Counted from the stretch's first letter, positions 18,879-29,318 are shown. The stretch: 64,000 nt of DNA from a virus (IMGVR_UViG_3300033120_000868:32001-96000); one strand, 5' to 3'. A program made the numbers and translations. Notes: a model not told the origin generated them from the sequence alone.

Positions 18879-18970
18879 TGGGACAAGTAGGGCAAATAGT
18901 AATTGATTTTGATATAATGTCAACACGACCAAAAAATTTGGTAGTTGCTGACAGCTCGGAGTGGATATAA
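18878..18970 (+). pseudogene. Orphan 5' fragment of the gene at 19625
   Basis: MGQVGQIVIDFDIMSTRPKNLVVADSSEWI-stop aligns with MEIGNINIDFDVMSTRPSNLVVADSSDWKY. Confidence 0.85.
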
Positions 18971-18981
18971 AATTTTTATAA

Positions 18982-19623
18982 ATGAGCATTATAAATAAAA
19001 ATTGCGGAATCTACAAAATCACATCACCAACAGGGAGGATTTACATAGGACAAACTATTAATATTGAAAGAAGGTGGAGTAATTATTATAGCTCAATAGG
19101 GGCTAATAGTCAACCAAGATTAAAGAACTCTTTTAAAAAATATGGTGTAGAAAATCACCAATTCGACGTTATAGAATATTGCTCAGAAGAAAATTTAAAT
19201 TGCTCTGAACGTTTTTGGCAAGACGAATTTAATGCCACAAATAAAGATAATTTAAATTGTTCTCTTACTAAATGTGGTGAAAAAAGATATAAACATTCAG
19301 AAGAAACGTGTAAAAAAATAAGTGAATTAAATAAAGGTAAAAAATTATCAGAGGAAACTAAAGAAAAACTTAGAATAATAAATGCAGGTGTGAACAGCCC
19401 TTGGTTTGGTAAAAATCACACAGATGAGACTAAAAGAAAAATAGGAGATGCACAAGTAGGTTTTAAGAACCACATGGCTAAATTAGTACTTAATATTGAA
19501 ACAGGTATATTTTATGATACTGCAAAAGAGGCTGCTGAATCTTGTGGAATGCATACAGCAACATTTAATACATACTTAACAGGAAAGATAAAGAATAAAT
19601 CAATTGATTACATATACGTATAA
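18982..19623 (+). mobile_element. GIY-YIG homing endonuclease with NUMOD3-like repeats and C-terminal HTH
   Basis: GIYKITSPTGRIYIGQT, RW..Y, ERFWQ, NLN; HSEETCKKIS, LSEETKEKL, GKNHTDETKRKI; FYDTAKEAAE. Confidence 0.93.
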
Positions 19624-19624
19624 A

Positions 19625-20167
19625 ATGGAAATAGGAAACATAAATATAGATTTTGACGTTATGTCAACAAGACCTTCTAATTTAGTTGTGGCTGACTCAT
19701 CAGATTGGAAATATTCAATTAACTTACCCTCTTATTTATTAGTAAAAATACCAGGTTCAAAAAAATTTAAAACATTCCCATTTAAAAAGAATGCTTTAAA
19801 TAGACTAAACTCTCACTTATTAGGACTCAGTTGTTTTAAAGATGATTGTGGAGATGAAGTTTTTATTTCAATACCTGATGGTATATACACAATTTGTGTT
19901 AAGTCAGGATATGAAGGAATTGAAAACACTAAATTTTATTTAAAAACAGACCTTTTCAAGCAAGAATTTGCAAAAGTGATGGTAAAGTATGACTTAGAAT
20001 ATAAAGATGAAGGAAAAATTTTCTTAGAAGAAATGATGTTTATAAAAGGAATTGTATCTGTAGCTGAAGCACATGCTCACCAAGGTGATTTTGTAAAAGC
20101 TCAGAGATTCTTTGAACAGGCAAAAAAACTATTAAACAAACGTGTAGAATGTAATAATTGTATATAA
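19625..20167 (+). CDS. Structural protein (tail hub-like)
   Basis: ATG at 19625; IPDGIYTI motif, C-terminal CNNC; position in crAss-like tail module. Confidence 0.6.
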   Translation: MEIGNINIDFDVMSTRPSNLVVADSSDWKYSINLPSYLLVKIPGSKKFKTFPFKKNALNRLNSHLLGLSCFKDDCGDEVFISIPDGIYTICVKSGYEGIENTKFYLKTDLFKQEFAKVMVKYDLEYKDEGKIFLEEMMFIKGIVSVAEAHAHQGDFVKAQRFFEQAKKLLNKRVECNNCI

Positions 20168-20502
20168 TGTCACAACAACAAATAAATAGAATTTCAGCGG
20201 AAAAATATTTAGAAAAAGCAAACATCACTTTACTAAGAGAAGCTGACTTATACTACCTTGAAGAGCACTTCATGTTGGAGACAAAATACAATAAAAATAA
20301 ATTCTTACATGCACAATTATATAAGGATATTTTATGTACAGATGATTGTGAAGTTTTAAATTGGGTAGATAGAAAAATAAGAGGAAAATTAGAAGGTAAA
20401 ATAAAACTTTCAAAAAATAAAAAAATTCAACCAAATACACCTGACATTATTATAAATAATTATTATAATTTAGAGGCAAATTACGAGGATGTTCAATGGT
20501 AA
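20167..20502 (+). CDS. Structural protein (second hub-like subunit)
   Basis: Coupled to previous stop (TAATG); MSQQQ... Confidence 0.5.
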   Translation: MSQQQINRISAEKYLEKANITLLREADLYYLEEHFMLETKYNKNKFLHAQLYKDILCTDDCEVLNWVDRKIRGKLEGKIKLSKNKKIQPNTPDIIINNYYNLEANYEDVQW

Positions 20503-22454
20503 CAGATACACCTATAAAAATACAGATTGTAAAGTCATTATCTAATTTAAAACCTAGTCGAATGATTGCGGTTAAAGCAGATAATGAAAGTAGCTTTTCT
20601 TTATTTGTAACTGATAAAAACGGAGTACCTTACCCTTTAAAAGACTTACAAGGTAGTGGTGGAATAACAGGAATAACAAACACAGATGGAAATTTAGTAA
20701 TTACAGGAGTAAATAATAAAGTAATTAATATTACTCCTACTTTACTATCTGTAATAAACTCTGCTTTACAAAGTGGAGACCTAATTTCTACATTAGTTAA
20801 TGATGCAGGTTATTTAACAACTTTTACAGAAACAGACCCTATTTTTCAGGCTTCTGAAGCAAGTAATTTTGTTGCTGGAGATAAAAATAAATTAGATAAT
20901 CAAAGTGGGGTTAACAGTGGAGACGAAACAACTTCTAGTATACAAACAAAAAGACCTTTAAAAACTGTAAATAATGAAAGTTTAGAGGGAGTTGGAAACT
21001 TACAAATAGATTATAATAGTTTAAGTAACATTCCAAGTAGTTTTACACCAAGTCCTCATTTACACACAATAAGTGAAATTACAAATTTACAAAGTGAGTT
21101 AGATGGAAAAGAAAGTGTTTCTAATAAAGGTATAGCAAATGGTTATGCTCCATTAGATATAAACAATAAAATACCCTTAATACATCTAAATGACGCTATA
21201 TTAGGTCAAGTAAATTATATAGGATTATACGACGCTAGTTTAAATGTTCCAGCGTTACCTTCAGCAACTACAAATAAAGGAGATTATTATATTGTATCTA
21301 CAGCGGGAACTCAATTTTCACTTAATTTAGAAGTAGGAGATTGGATAATATCAAACGGAACAAGTTATAACAAAGTAGATAACACAGATGCAGTATCTTC
21401 CGTAAACGGACAAACAGGTAATGTTTTAATTGATATAGATAGCAGAGTACCTTACACAGGCGCAATTCAAAATGTAGATTTAGGAGAATATCAAATAAAG
21501 ACAGGGCAGTTAGAGTTAGACCAAACACCTACTGGAGCTTTTGGAATAGGTAAAATAAGATGGAATGATTCAGCAGGAACAGCAGAGATAAGATTAAAAG
21601 GAAATAATGTAACATTACAAATAGGTCAAGAGTTAGTAAAGAGAGTTGTAAATAAGACAGCTACAAATATTAATCTTTTAGAAGCTAATTACCAAGCTGT
21701 AAAAATTATAGGAGCTACAGGTCAAAGATTATCTATAGATTTAGCTCAAGCAAACTCACATGTAAACTCAGGAACAACTATAGGTATAGTAACAGAGACT
21801 ATAAATAATAACCAAGAGGGTTTTATAACTTACTCAGGAGAGGTTAATCAAATAAACACAACAGGTAGCTTACAAGGGGAATCTTGGTCTGACGGAGATG
21901 TACTATATTTAAGTGCAACAACACCAGGAGCAATTACAAATATTAAACCATCAGCTCCAAACCACTCTGTAATTATAGGATATGTTGAATACTCTCATTT
22001 AGTAAACGGAAAGATATTTGTCAAAGTAGATAATGGACATGAGTTAGGAGAACTGCACAATGTAGATACTACAATATCAAAAACGACTTTAGTTAATAAT
22101 GATAATTTTTTAGTACAAGATTCACAAGATTTAAATATATGGAAAAAATTCACTTGGGAAAATTTAAAAAGCCAAGTAATTACACAAATAACAGATAATG
22201 AAGTATTTAATTTTAGTTTTGAAGACGATAGTGTCATAAAAACAATTTTAAATTCCCAAATAACAAATAGTAATTTTACAAGTTTTAATTATATACCACA
22301 AGAGACTTCTGAGACAAGTTTAGATGATTTTAAATTAAACGGAGTAAATTTTAATATAGAAAATATAATTGACAACACTTCATTCGATATAAGAGCAACG
22401 GCTATAAATAATGCAAGTGGTAACTACACAATAAAATACATAGTAATAATATGA
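20496..22454 (+). CDS. Tail fibre protein
   Basis: Mosaic fibre modules: TETDPIF, HLHTISEITNLQSELD, KGIANGYAPLD, GDYYIVSTAG...VGDWII, VSSVNGQTGNV, GDVLYLS. Confidence 0.75.
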   Translation: MVTDTPIKIQIVKSLSNLKPSRMIAVKADNESSFSLFVTDKNGVPYPLKDLQGSGGITGITNTDGNLVITGVNNKVINITPTLLSVINSALQSGDLISTLVNDAGYLTTFTETDPIFQASEASNFVAGDKNKLDNQSGVNSGDETTSSIQTKRPLKTVNNESLEGVGNLQIDYNSLSNIPSSFTPSPHLHTISEITNLQSELDGKESVSNKGIANGYAPLDINNKIPLIHLNDAILGQVNYIGLYDASLNVPALPSATTNKGDYYIVSTAGTQFSLNLEVGDWIISNGTSYNKVDNTDAVSSVNGQTGNVLIDIDSRVPYTGAIQNVDLGEYQIKTGQLELDQTPTGAFGIGKIRWNDSAGTAEIRLKGNNVTLQIGQELVKRVVNKTATNINLLEANYQAVKIIGATGQRLSIDLAQANSHVNSGTTIGIVTETINNNQEGFITYSGEVNQINTTGSLQGESWSDGDVLYLSATTPGAITNIKPSAPNHSVIIGYVEYSHLVNGKIFVKVDNGHELGELHNVDTTISKTTLVNNDNFLVQDSQDLNIWKKFTWENLKSQVITQITDNEVFNFSFEDDSVIKTILNSQITNSNFTSFNYIPQETSETSLDDFKLNGVNFNIENIIDNTSFDIRATAINNASGNYTIKYIVII

Positions 22455-23908
22455 GTACAATACTAAAAGACGGTGTTGGAGGAGCTAACTTATTAAAAAT
22501 TAATAGTGCAAATCAAGCCGAAGTAAAACTTGCCAACCCAGTAGAAATAAATGGAGACCAAAATACTGATAAAGTAGGTTCTGTCAGACTAATGGGAGAA
22601 TTAGACGCAGGAACAATAACTGGAGAAGCAAAACTAAAAGCATTAGAAGTTACAAGTGATTATAGACTTAGAGTTGGTTTAGACCAAACAGTTTTTAACG
22701 AAGTATTCCCAGGGTCTACTGTAAATTCAACTATTTGGACAGCACCTGCAACAACAGCAACTATAACAGTGGCAGGGGGTTTTGCAAATTTAAATGCAGG
22801 AGCATCAGTAGCAATAAACGCTGTTGCTAGATTACAAACATGGAGACATTTTCCTTGTTATAAATCATACACCACTTATTTTGAGGAAGAGATACAGTTT
22901 ACTCAATTACCTGTAGCTGGAAATGTTTGTGAATGGGGAGCTTTTTTATCTACAGGCACAAACGCTCCAACAGACGGAGTATTTTTCAGGATTAATGCGT
23001 TAGGAGAATTTAGAGCAGTTATTAATTATAGCGGTACAGAAACACAATCAGACTCTCTAGATTTTGCTTCATTAGTTGGAGTAAATACTTCAAGAGCATT
23101 TTTAATATATGTTATATCAAATAAAGCTCTTTTTTGGATTGATAATATTTTAGTTGCAGAAATAGAGATGCCACCAGCACAAGGGTCAGTAACTGCTTCA
23201 ATGAACTTACCAATAGCTTTTAGAAATTACAACGCAACAGCAACATCAGTCGCTCAGATTATGAAGGTAAGTAATGTCAATGTTACCTTAGCTGACCAAA
23301 ATACAAACAAACAATGGTCTCATATTATTACAGGAGCAGGAGGACACGCCTCACAAGGACAAACAGGACAAACTTTAGGAACTACAGCATTATACAGTAA
23401 CAACTTGGCAGTAGGGGCAGGGGTAGCTATGACGAATACAACTGCTGCGCTTGGTTCAGGGTTAGGAGGGCAATTTACAACACAACCTACCTTAGCTGTA
23501 GGAACTGATGGTATAGTTAGTTCATTTCAAGTACCTTTAGGAACTTCTACATTACCTGGTAAATCATTATATATAACAAGAGTGAATATTAGTTCAGCAG
23601 TAACATCAGCTTTAACTGGAGGAGCAGTAGTTTACGCATACTCTTTGGCTTACGGACATACAGCTGTATCACTAGCAACAACTGAGTCTGCCACAACTAA
23701 AGCTCCTAGAAGATTAGCTCTAGGTATACAATCTTTTCCAGCTACATCTGCGGTAGGTACTGCACCTAATATGATAGATATTGATTTAGCTGCACCAATT
23801 GTGGTTCAACCAGGAGAATTTATACAATTAGTAGCTAAAAATATAGGAGTAGTAACAACAGCAGGAACAATCACCTTTATAGTAGGTTTTGGAGGATATT
23901 GGGAATAA
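22451..23908 (+). CDS. Fibre-associated beta-rich (lectin-like) protein
   Basis: 485 aa, Ala/Thr/Gly-rich, coupled to fibre gene. Confidence 0.55.
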   Translation: MSTILKDGVGGANLLKINSANQAEVKLANPVEINGDQNTDKVGSVRLMGELDAGTITGEAKLKALEVTSDYRLRVGLDQTVFNEVFPGSTVNSTIWTAPATTATITVAGGFANLNAGASVAINAVARLQTWRHFPCYKSYTTYFEEEIQFTQLPVAGNVCEWGAFLSTGTNAPTDGVFFRINALGEFRAVINYSGTETQSDSLDFASLVGVNTSRAFLIYVISNKALFWIDNILVAEIEMPPAQGSVTASMNLPIAFRNYNATATSVAQIMKVSNVNVTLADQNTNKQWSHIITGAGGHASQGQTGQTLGTTALYSNNLAVGAGVAMTNTTAALGSGLGGQFTTQPTLAVGTDGIVSSFQVPLGTSTLPGKSLYITRVNISSAVTSALTGGAVVYAYSLAYGHTAVSLATTESATTKAPRRLALGIQSFPATSAVGTAPNMIDIDLAAPIVVQPGEFIQLVAKNIGVVTTAGTITFIVGFGGYWE

Positions 23909-23928
23909 CAAATAAAAAATTTAAAATA

Positions 23929-24354
23929 ATGGGATGCCACAATAAAATATCTCACACATGTGGAGAGAGAACATATTTAATATGTAGCGAATATGAAGGA
24001 ACAGTAAACACAGATTCATCTTTAACAGAAGAATCTTGTTTAAACGGACAAGAAGTAGTACAAGACATCTACAATCAACTTGAAAACTTAGACTTATCTG
24101 CTTTAGGGGAGTTATGCCTCTCTTACGTTCAAGATAATAATAAGAACATCGTCAAAAATGTACTTTTAAAATTTGAAGAAAAAATATGTGAGTATGAAGA
24201 AAGAATTAATTTATTAGAAAACAGACCTTTATGTGAGATGCCTTTAGGAGATTGTGTCGACACAAAATGTTTAGTTGACTCGTGCAATGAGAATATTTCT
24301 ACTGTAGGTCAATTATTACAAGCTTTAGTAGATTTAAATTGTCCAACACCTTAA
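23929..24354 (+). CDS. Cys-rich fibre adaptor/structural protein
   Basis: MGCHNK...C..YEG...; many Cys; coiled coil. Confidence 0.55.
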   Translation: MGCHNKISHTCGERTYLICSEYEGTVNTDSSLTEESCLNGQEVVQDIYNQLENLDLSALGELCLSYVQDNNKNIVKNVLLKFEEKICEYEERINLLENRPLCEMPLGDCVDTKCLVDSCNENISTVGQLLQALVDLNCPTP

Positions 24355-24366
24355 TAAAATATAAAA

Positions 24367-24615
24367 ATGGAATGTACAAATTATATAACAATACCAACAC
24401 TACCCTCAGACCCTTGTAATGGAGAGAGAGGTAACACAAAATGTATTTTCAGTGAAGATGCTTTCACTTTATTAGGAGTTAGTGCTAATTCAAGTTTAGA
24501 TGTGATTCTAAACGCATTTGTAGTAGCTTTGAACGCACAAAATACAAGATTAAACGCACAAGATTTGTTAATAGCAGATTTAGAAGCACGCGTAGAAATT
24601 TTAGAAACACCTTAA
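24367..24615 (+). CDS. Small Cys-containing coiled-coil structural protein
   Basis: DPCNGE...TKCI...LEARVEILE. Confidence 0.55.
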   Translation: MECTNYITIPTLPSDPCNGERGNTKCIFSEDAFTLLGVSANSSLDVILNAFVVALNAQNTRLNAQDLLIADLEARVEILETP

Positions 24616-24619
24616 TAGT

Positions 24620-24886
24620 ATGAACACAATAAGAAATATAATTAACGATACTTTAAAAAGCAGAGGAAAGTGGAGTATGAAAAGATTAACAGCATTTGTT
24701 GTTATGGTTTTTGTATTAGCTTTAGGAGTTTTTATAGTTATATCTGATAAGATTTTAGACCGCGAGGTTAATAGATATGCGATAGATGTCTTTCAATCTT
24801 TACTTTTTTTTGAAGCAGCATTGATGGGTATTAATGAGTTTGGTAAAAAATTAGAAAATAAAGAACAAAAAACAGAAGAAGAATGA
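24620..24886 (+). CDS. Holin
   Basis: GKWSMKRL then two TM segments, charged C terminus; overlaps amidase start. Confidence 0.7.
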   Translation: MNTIRNIINDTLKSRGKWSMKRLTAFVVMVFVLALGVFIVISDKILDREVNRYAIDVFQSLLFFEAALMGINEFGKKLENKEQKTEEE

Positions 24887-25428
24887 TATTTATTTCAGCA
24901 GGACATAATACAGGAGGTTTAAAACCTGACCCTGGAGCAGTAGCTAATGGACACACAGAAGCTAAATTAGCCATAGAAATTAGAGACTTAGTAGTTAAGG
25001 AATTAAAGAAAGATAGCAGTATAAAAATTGTAACTGACAATGACGACGAAAGATTAGGAGAATATCTTAGTAGAATTAAGACAGGAAATGGAAGTGTGGT
25101 ATTAGAGTTCCATTTTGACGCTGCATCCCCAACCGCTACTGGAACAACTGTTCTAATTGAAGCCGAAGCAGATAGATTAGATAAAGCTTTTGCCAAAGAA
25201 ATTGTAGACAAAACAGCGGAAGTATTAAAAATTAAAAACAGAGGAGTTAAATCAGAAACTGACAGTCACAGAGGAAAGTTAGGGCTTATGAGAGAAGAGG
25301 GTATTATAGCTCTTTTAGAGGTAGGTTTTATTACTAATGTTTCAGATATAAAAACGTTTAAAGAGAACAAAGAAGTTTTAGCTGTAGAATTGGCGAAAAT
25401 AATTAAAAAATACGAAAACTTAATATAA
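24883..25428 (+). CDS. Endolysin, N-acetylmuramoyl-L-alanine amidase (Amidase_3)
   Basis: IFISAGH, DPGA..GHTE, LEFHFDA, NRGVK, LLEVGFITN. Confidence 0.93.
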   Translation: MIFISAGHNTGGLKPDPGAVANGHTEAKLAIEIRDLVVKELKKDSSIKIVTDNDDERLGEYLSRIKTGNGSVVLEFHFDAASPTATGTTVLIEAEADRLDKAFAKEIVDKTAEVLKIKNRGVKSETDSHRGKLGLMREEGIIALLEVGFITNVSDIKTFKENKEVLAVELAKIIKKYENLI

Positions 25429-25430
25429 AA

Positions 25431-25889
25431 ATGAAAATAGACTACACAAATTTATCATTTACAGAATTAATTGATAAAATAGAAGCTAATAGATTCTTTG
25501 ATTTACCAAGAATGATACGAGAGGCTTTCAAAAGACTTATACCTCAAGAGCCAAAATACAAAGTCTACACAGCTTTACTAACCCAATCAGGAACAGACGC
25601 ACCTGTAGCAACGGTTTTAGAAAACACGTTAGGAGAGACAATATCTTTTGGCTATAGTTCACCAGGTTACTACTCCATAAATACAACAGGAGAATTTCCA
25701 CAAAATAAAACAACATTCTCAATTAAAAATGTTATTAATGGTACTACGGTTAGTTCCGAAACATATATAGGTATTTTTTCAGATGCGTTAAACATTAACA
25801 CTATTGATTTTACAACACTTAATGATTTTAGCACAGCGGTTAATAATATATTACTTAACACACCAATAGAAATCAGAGTTTACCACTAA
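25431..25889 (+). CDS. Putative fibre/decoration protein
   Basis: YKVYTALLTQSGTDAP...LENTLG...TPIEIRVY domain typical of Bacteroidota phage fibres. Confidence 0.6.
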   Translation: MKIDYTNLSFTELIDKIEANRFFDLPRMIREAFKRLIPQEPKYKVYTALLTQSGTDAPVATVLENTLGETISFGYSSPGYYSINTTGEFPQNKTTFSIKNVINGTTVSSETYIGIFSDALNINTIDFTTLNDFSTAVNNILLNTPIEIRVYH

Positions 25890-25904
25890 ATAAAATAAAA
25901 AGAA

Positions 25905-26873
25905 ATGAGCTGTAATTGCAACAACCAATCAACAAACTATAACATCTGTAATCCATCACCTTGTCAAGAGCCACAGGATTGTTCATGTCCAACTATACTA
26001 TCCACAGATTGTGTAACTTATGGTGGAAATGACTTAGAATGTAGTGGAATAGTAACAGGACAAACGTTAACAGAAACTATAGAACAACTTGATACATTTA
26101 TTTGTGAAAAAGTAGATGATATAACTAATGCTTTAACTTTAAGAAATATAGGTGCAGGAGCTAAAGTTTACAAAGGAGATGATTTACTTGGGCGAAAAGA
26201 ATTAAGAACAGTTACAAAAACAGGAAATTTAGTAACAATAACTGAAAATTCAAATGATATTGCTATAAGTATTAACGAATCTAACTTAACAACTTTTGTA
26301 AACAAATTAATTCCCGAACCTTGTATAACATCTACAGATGAATCTGTAACAATAGTAGAAGCTGGGGGATGTTTTGATTTATCAGTAGCACCAACCCCAA
26401 CATCAATAGAGGCAGGAGACAACGTAATTGTAACAGGTACAGGAACTACAGTAGACCCTTACATAATAAGTTCTATAGACACTATAGCTATATTAGAAAG
26501 TGGAACAACAACAACAGTAACAGGAACAGGTATCACATCAGATGAGTATCAAGTAGAAATAAATAACCTACAAAAAATAATAGATACATTCCCATACACA
26601 TTAACATCAGCAGATGATAAATATACAATATTTGTTAATAACGTAGCATCAGATGTTAGTATAAATGTACCTAACGGATTAGTTGATAATTTTTCTTGTG
26701 TGTTTATACAAGAAGGCTCTGGAGAAGTAACGATACAATCATCAGGAACAGCAACAGTGTTAAAACCTGCAATATTACAAAATATAATCAAAGGTCAAAA
26801 TTATTGGGCTATGATAGAAAAGAAATTAACAACAGACACTTACTTCTTATTAGGAAGTTTAAAAATAATTTAA
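25905..26873 (+). CDS. Cys-rich tail fibre protein
   Basis: N-terminal C..Y.G..L.C motif, two VTGTG repeats, C-terminal FSCVFIQEGSG.V module. Confidence 0.65.
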   Translation: MSCNCNNQSTNYNICNPSPCQEPQDCSCPTILSTDCVTYGGNDLECSGIVTGQTLTETIEQLDTFICEKVDDITNALTLRNIGAGAKVYKGDDLLGRKELRTVTKTGNLVTITENSNDIAISINESNLTTFVNKLIPEPCITSTDESVTIVEAGGCFDLSVAPTPTSIEAGDNVIVTGTGTTVDPYIISSIDTIAILESGTTTTVTGTGITSDEYQVEINNLQKIIDTFPYTLTSADDKYTIFVNNVASDVSINVPNGLVDNFSCVFIQEGSGEVTIQSSGTATVLKPAILQNIIKGQNYWAMIEKKLTTDTYFLLGSLKII

Positions 26874-26875
26874 TC

Positions 26876-27184
26876 ATGCTTTGGAAATATAAAAAAGTTT
26901 ATCAAGAGACTAACGAAGATGTTACTATTCCTTGTAACAATAGGTATCTGATAAGTGTATTCGCTGCACCTAATGATTTGCAAGGTGGTTGTAATGCAAT
27001 AAGTGTATCTTTTCATTTTGCAGGATGGCAAATTGGGGATGATATTGAAATGTTTTCTTGGGACTACACTAATTGGACACAAGAATACTACATCAATCGT
27101 TGTATTGATTTAGACACACTTACTTATAATTGTGGTAATAGAATAAATTTTATATGGGATGATAATATAAGTTGTTGTGTATAG
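26876..27184 (+). CDS. Small Cys-rich protein
   Basis: Probable start MLWKYKK at 26876 right after previous stop; track ORF from 26696 overlaps upstream gene. Confidence 0.55.
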   Translation: MLWKYKKVYQETNEDVTIPCNNRYLISVFAAPNDLQGGCNAISVSFHFAGWQIGDDIEMFSWDYTNWTQEYYINRCIDLDTLTYNCGNRINFIWDDNISCCV

Positions 27185-27222
27185 TCTTAACATATAGGTT
27201 TTGGTTTACCTATTTTTCTGTT

Positions 27223-27259
27223 GGAGTGAGGTGGTGTAATAACCACCTTTCTCTTTTTT
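27223..27259 (+). terminator. Intrinsic terminator
   Basis: GAGGTGGT-gtaata-ACCACCTT stem then T-rich tract. Confidence 0.7.
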
Positions 27260-27297
27260 AACTAATTTTGATAAATGAAAAAAATTAACTAATTTTG
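27259..27297 (+). promoter_or_regulatory. TAACTAATTT-class promoter (tail genes)
   Basis: TAACTAATTTTG 27259; TAATTTTG 27290 (second box at 27286). Confidence 0.75.
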
Positions 27298-27314
27298 CAA
27301 CTAAATTAATTACA

Positions 27315-27974
27315 ATGGCAACATACGGAGATATAGTAAGTAGAATATCAAATTCACTTAATTCAGTATCAAAAGATAATAGAATACCTAAAAGATTTAT
27401 TTTAAAAGTTGTAAAAGATATTGCAACTTTTTTAATAGCTCAAAAGTTAGGTGATAGAAGTTTATATAAAGAGTCAAATCCTTATATAACAATTTCTTGC
27501 TTTGAATTAGAGCCTATTGAAGTTGTAAAATGCGACATAATAGAATTTAGAAGATGTAAATCTATTATGAAATCAAAGCATAAATTGCCAAGGTTAATAG
27601 ACTCTAAGTACGGAGCATCACTAAAAGAAGTGACAGCTTTAGATGACGAAACAGAATTTAAGTTCACAACTCCTGCACAATATCGCCGAGATAAAAACAG
27701 AGGAGAGAGTGATTACAAATACTATTATATTAAGGATGAATATTTATATTTATTAGATGTTACAGTACCAAGAGTAAACTTATATGTATTGACCTTAGAT
27801 GAAGAAAGCGTAGAATCCTGCGACAGGTGTAATGATTGCAAAAGTTTATGGGAATATGATTTAAATATACCTGATAAACTTTTAGAGGCAGTAATACAAG
27901 AAACTTTAAAAACAGTATCAATTAGAAAACAGATTCCAAGGGATGAAAATGCCAATACGCAAGAGGGGAATTAG
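27315..27974 (+). CDS. Tail ring protein
   Basis: MATYGDIVSRI...YYYIKDEYLY...IP.DEN; gene order. Confidence 0.7.
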   Translation: MATYGDIVSRISNSLNSVSKDNRIPKRFILKVVKDIATFLIAQKLGDRSLYKESNPYITISCFELEPIEVVKCDIIEFRRCKSIMKSKHKLPRLIDSKYGASLKEVTALDDETEFKFTTPAQYRRDKNRGESDYKYYYIKDEYLYLLDVTVPRVNLYVLTLDEESVESCDRCNDCKSLWEYDLNIPDKLLEAVIQETLKTVSIRKQIPRDENANTQEGN

Positions 27975-28449
27975 AAAAAGATTTAGAAAGCTAAAGAACA
28001 TAGATAAAACCTCCTTGATTGATTTTAAAGCTTATGTTTTTTATAGAGAAAAATCTAAAATAGCCACAAGAGAGACAGTGCAACACTTTGTTGAATATGG
28101 AAAAATAATTTCTGAGTTTTATAAAATAGTTGGAGAGAAGATAGTTGAAGACCCTGATGGAGTTTATATAGACTTTTTAGGATATTTTGGAGTGATGTGT
28201 TATGAAGATAGAAACTTTAGATATGATTTTGCAAAAAAGAAAAAGGTACTTACAGATAAATATGCATTTAAGTTAATGTTTGTCCCAAATAAAAGACACT
28301 TACTTGCATGGGTAGCAGATAATAACTTCTCACTTAAACTAAGACAAAACTTAAAAAACTCTATAAAAACTACAAATAGAGAGTATACCTTTAACTGCGA
28401 GCTTTTCAAAATAAGCCACAACCATAGAAAATATAATAAAAACAAATGA
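27943..28449 (+). CDS. Basic, divergent IHF/HU-like protein
   Basis: YGKIISEFYKIVGEKIV...GVYIDFLGYFGV; sits between ring genes as in crAss-like phages. Confidence 0.5.
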   Translation: MKMPIRKRGIRKRFRKLKNIDKTSLIDFKAYVFYREKSKIATRETVQHFVEYGKIISEFYKIVGEKIVEDPDGVYIDFLGYFGVMCYEDRNFRYDFAKKKKVLTDKYAFKLMFVPNKRHLLAWVADNNFSLKLRQNLKNSIKTTNREYTFNCELFKISHNHRKYNKNK

Positions 28450-29318
28450 CAAGAAAAGAACTTATAGCTGAAATACTAACAGAAGTTAGACAGTATGATG
28501 AATCTAACTTAGTGGATTACAGAAGTTTATCTCGCTGGATAAAGAATGAGATTAAGAGGTTTGGAGTTAATATTATGACTTTAACGGAATCTTATATTCC
28601 TGTAGAAAATGGTAAGGCAACTTTACCTGAAGCTTTTTATCAACTAAAAAAAGCTATGCAGTGTAAGGCTCAGTCTTATTATGTAGATGAAGGTTGTAGA
28701 CAAGGTATATTAGAGTCAAACACTTGGAGAGTAAGAACAGAGAAGTTGGTTGAGTGGGATAATATGTCCAATCAAAGTGATTTTAAATGTGTAGAAGAAA
28801 AAGTAGTTTTTGGCAACTGTCATGGTATTATTAGATATACACCTCCTGTAATGGTTAAGTTAAAGAACGGTAAGCGAAATATTAGTTGTGCAGGAGATTG
28901 TACTAATTTAGGTGTTCAGAGTTCACCTTATGAAATAAGTATCTCTAAAGACACAATATACACTAATTTTAACGAAGGAACACTTTATTTAGAATATTAC
29001 GCAATACCAACAGACGAGGAAGGAGATTTATTAATTTCTGATAACAGAAACGTGCAAGAGTATTTGATAGCTTATTGTGTTAAAAAAATCATTCAACAAA
29101 TTTGGACAAACGATGATGATACAAATTTAGCTAATAAAATGAGTTTCTACATAGCAGAAGAAAGTAGACTATTTGCTTTAGCTATGACCTCTGTAAAAAT
29201 GGAAGCTTTGGCTAGTTCTGATTGGGACACAAAATTAAAACAGAAAAACGCAAGAGAAACAAACAGATATGAAAAAATGTTTCCTCAAGTAAACCCAAAC
29301 AATAGATGGAGAAGATAA
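28446..29318 (+). CDS. Tail tubular/ring protein (P22 gp4-like)
   Basis: ENGKATLP..F, IYTNFNEG.LYLEYYAIPTDEEG; directly before muzzle. Confidence 0.78.
   Translation: MTRKELIAEILTEVRQYDESNLVDYRSLSRWIKNEIKRFGVNIMTLTESYIPVENGKATLPEAFYQLKKAMQCKAQSYYVDEGCRQGILESNTWRVRTEKLVEWDNMSNQSDFKCVEEKVVFGNCHGIIRYTPPVMVKLKNGKRNISCAGDCTNLGVQSSPYEISISKDTIYTNFNEGTLYLEYYAIPTDEEGDLLISDNRNVQEYLIAYCVKKIIQQIWTNDDDTNLANKMSFYIAEESRLFALAMTSVKMEALASSDWDTKLKQKNARETNRYEKMFPQVNPNNRWRR

Noticed and set aside
18970-19625. Group I intron around the GIY-YIG gene
   Set aside because: Only 11 nt and 1 nt of flanking non-coding sequence; downstream gene has its own complete start
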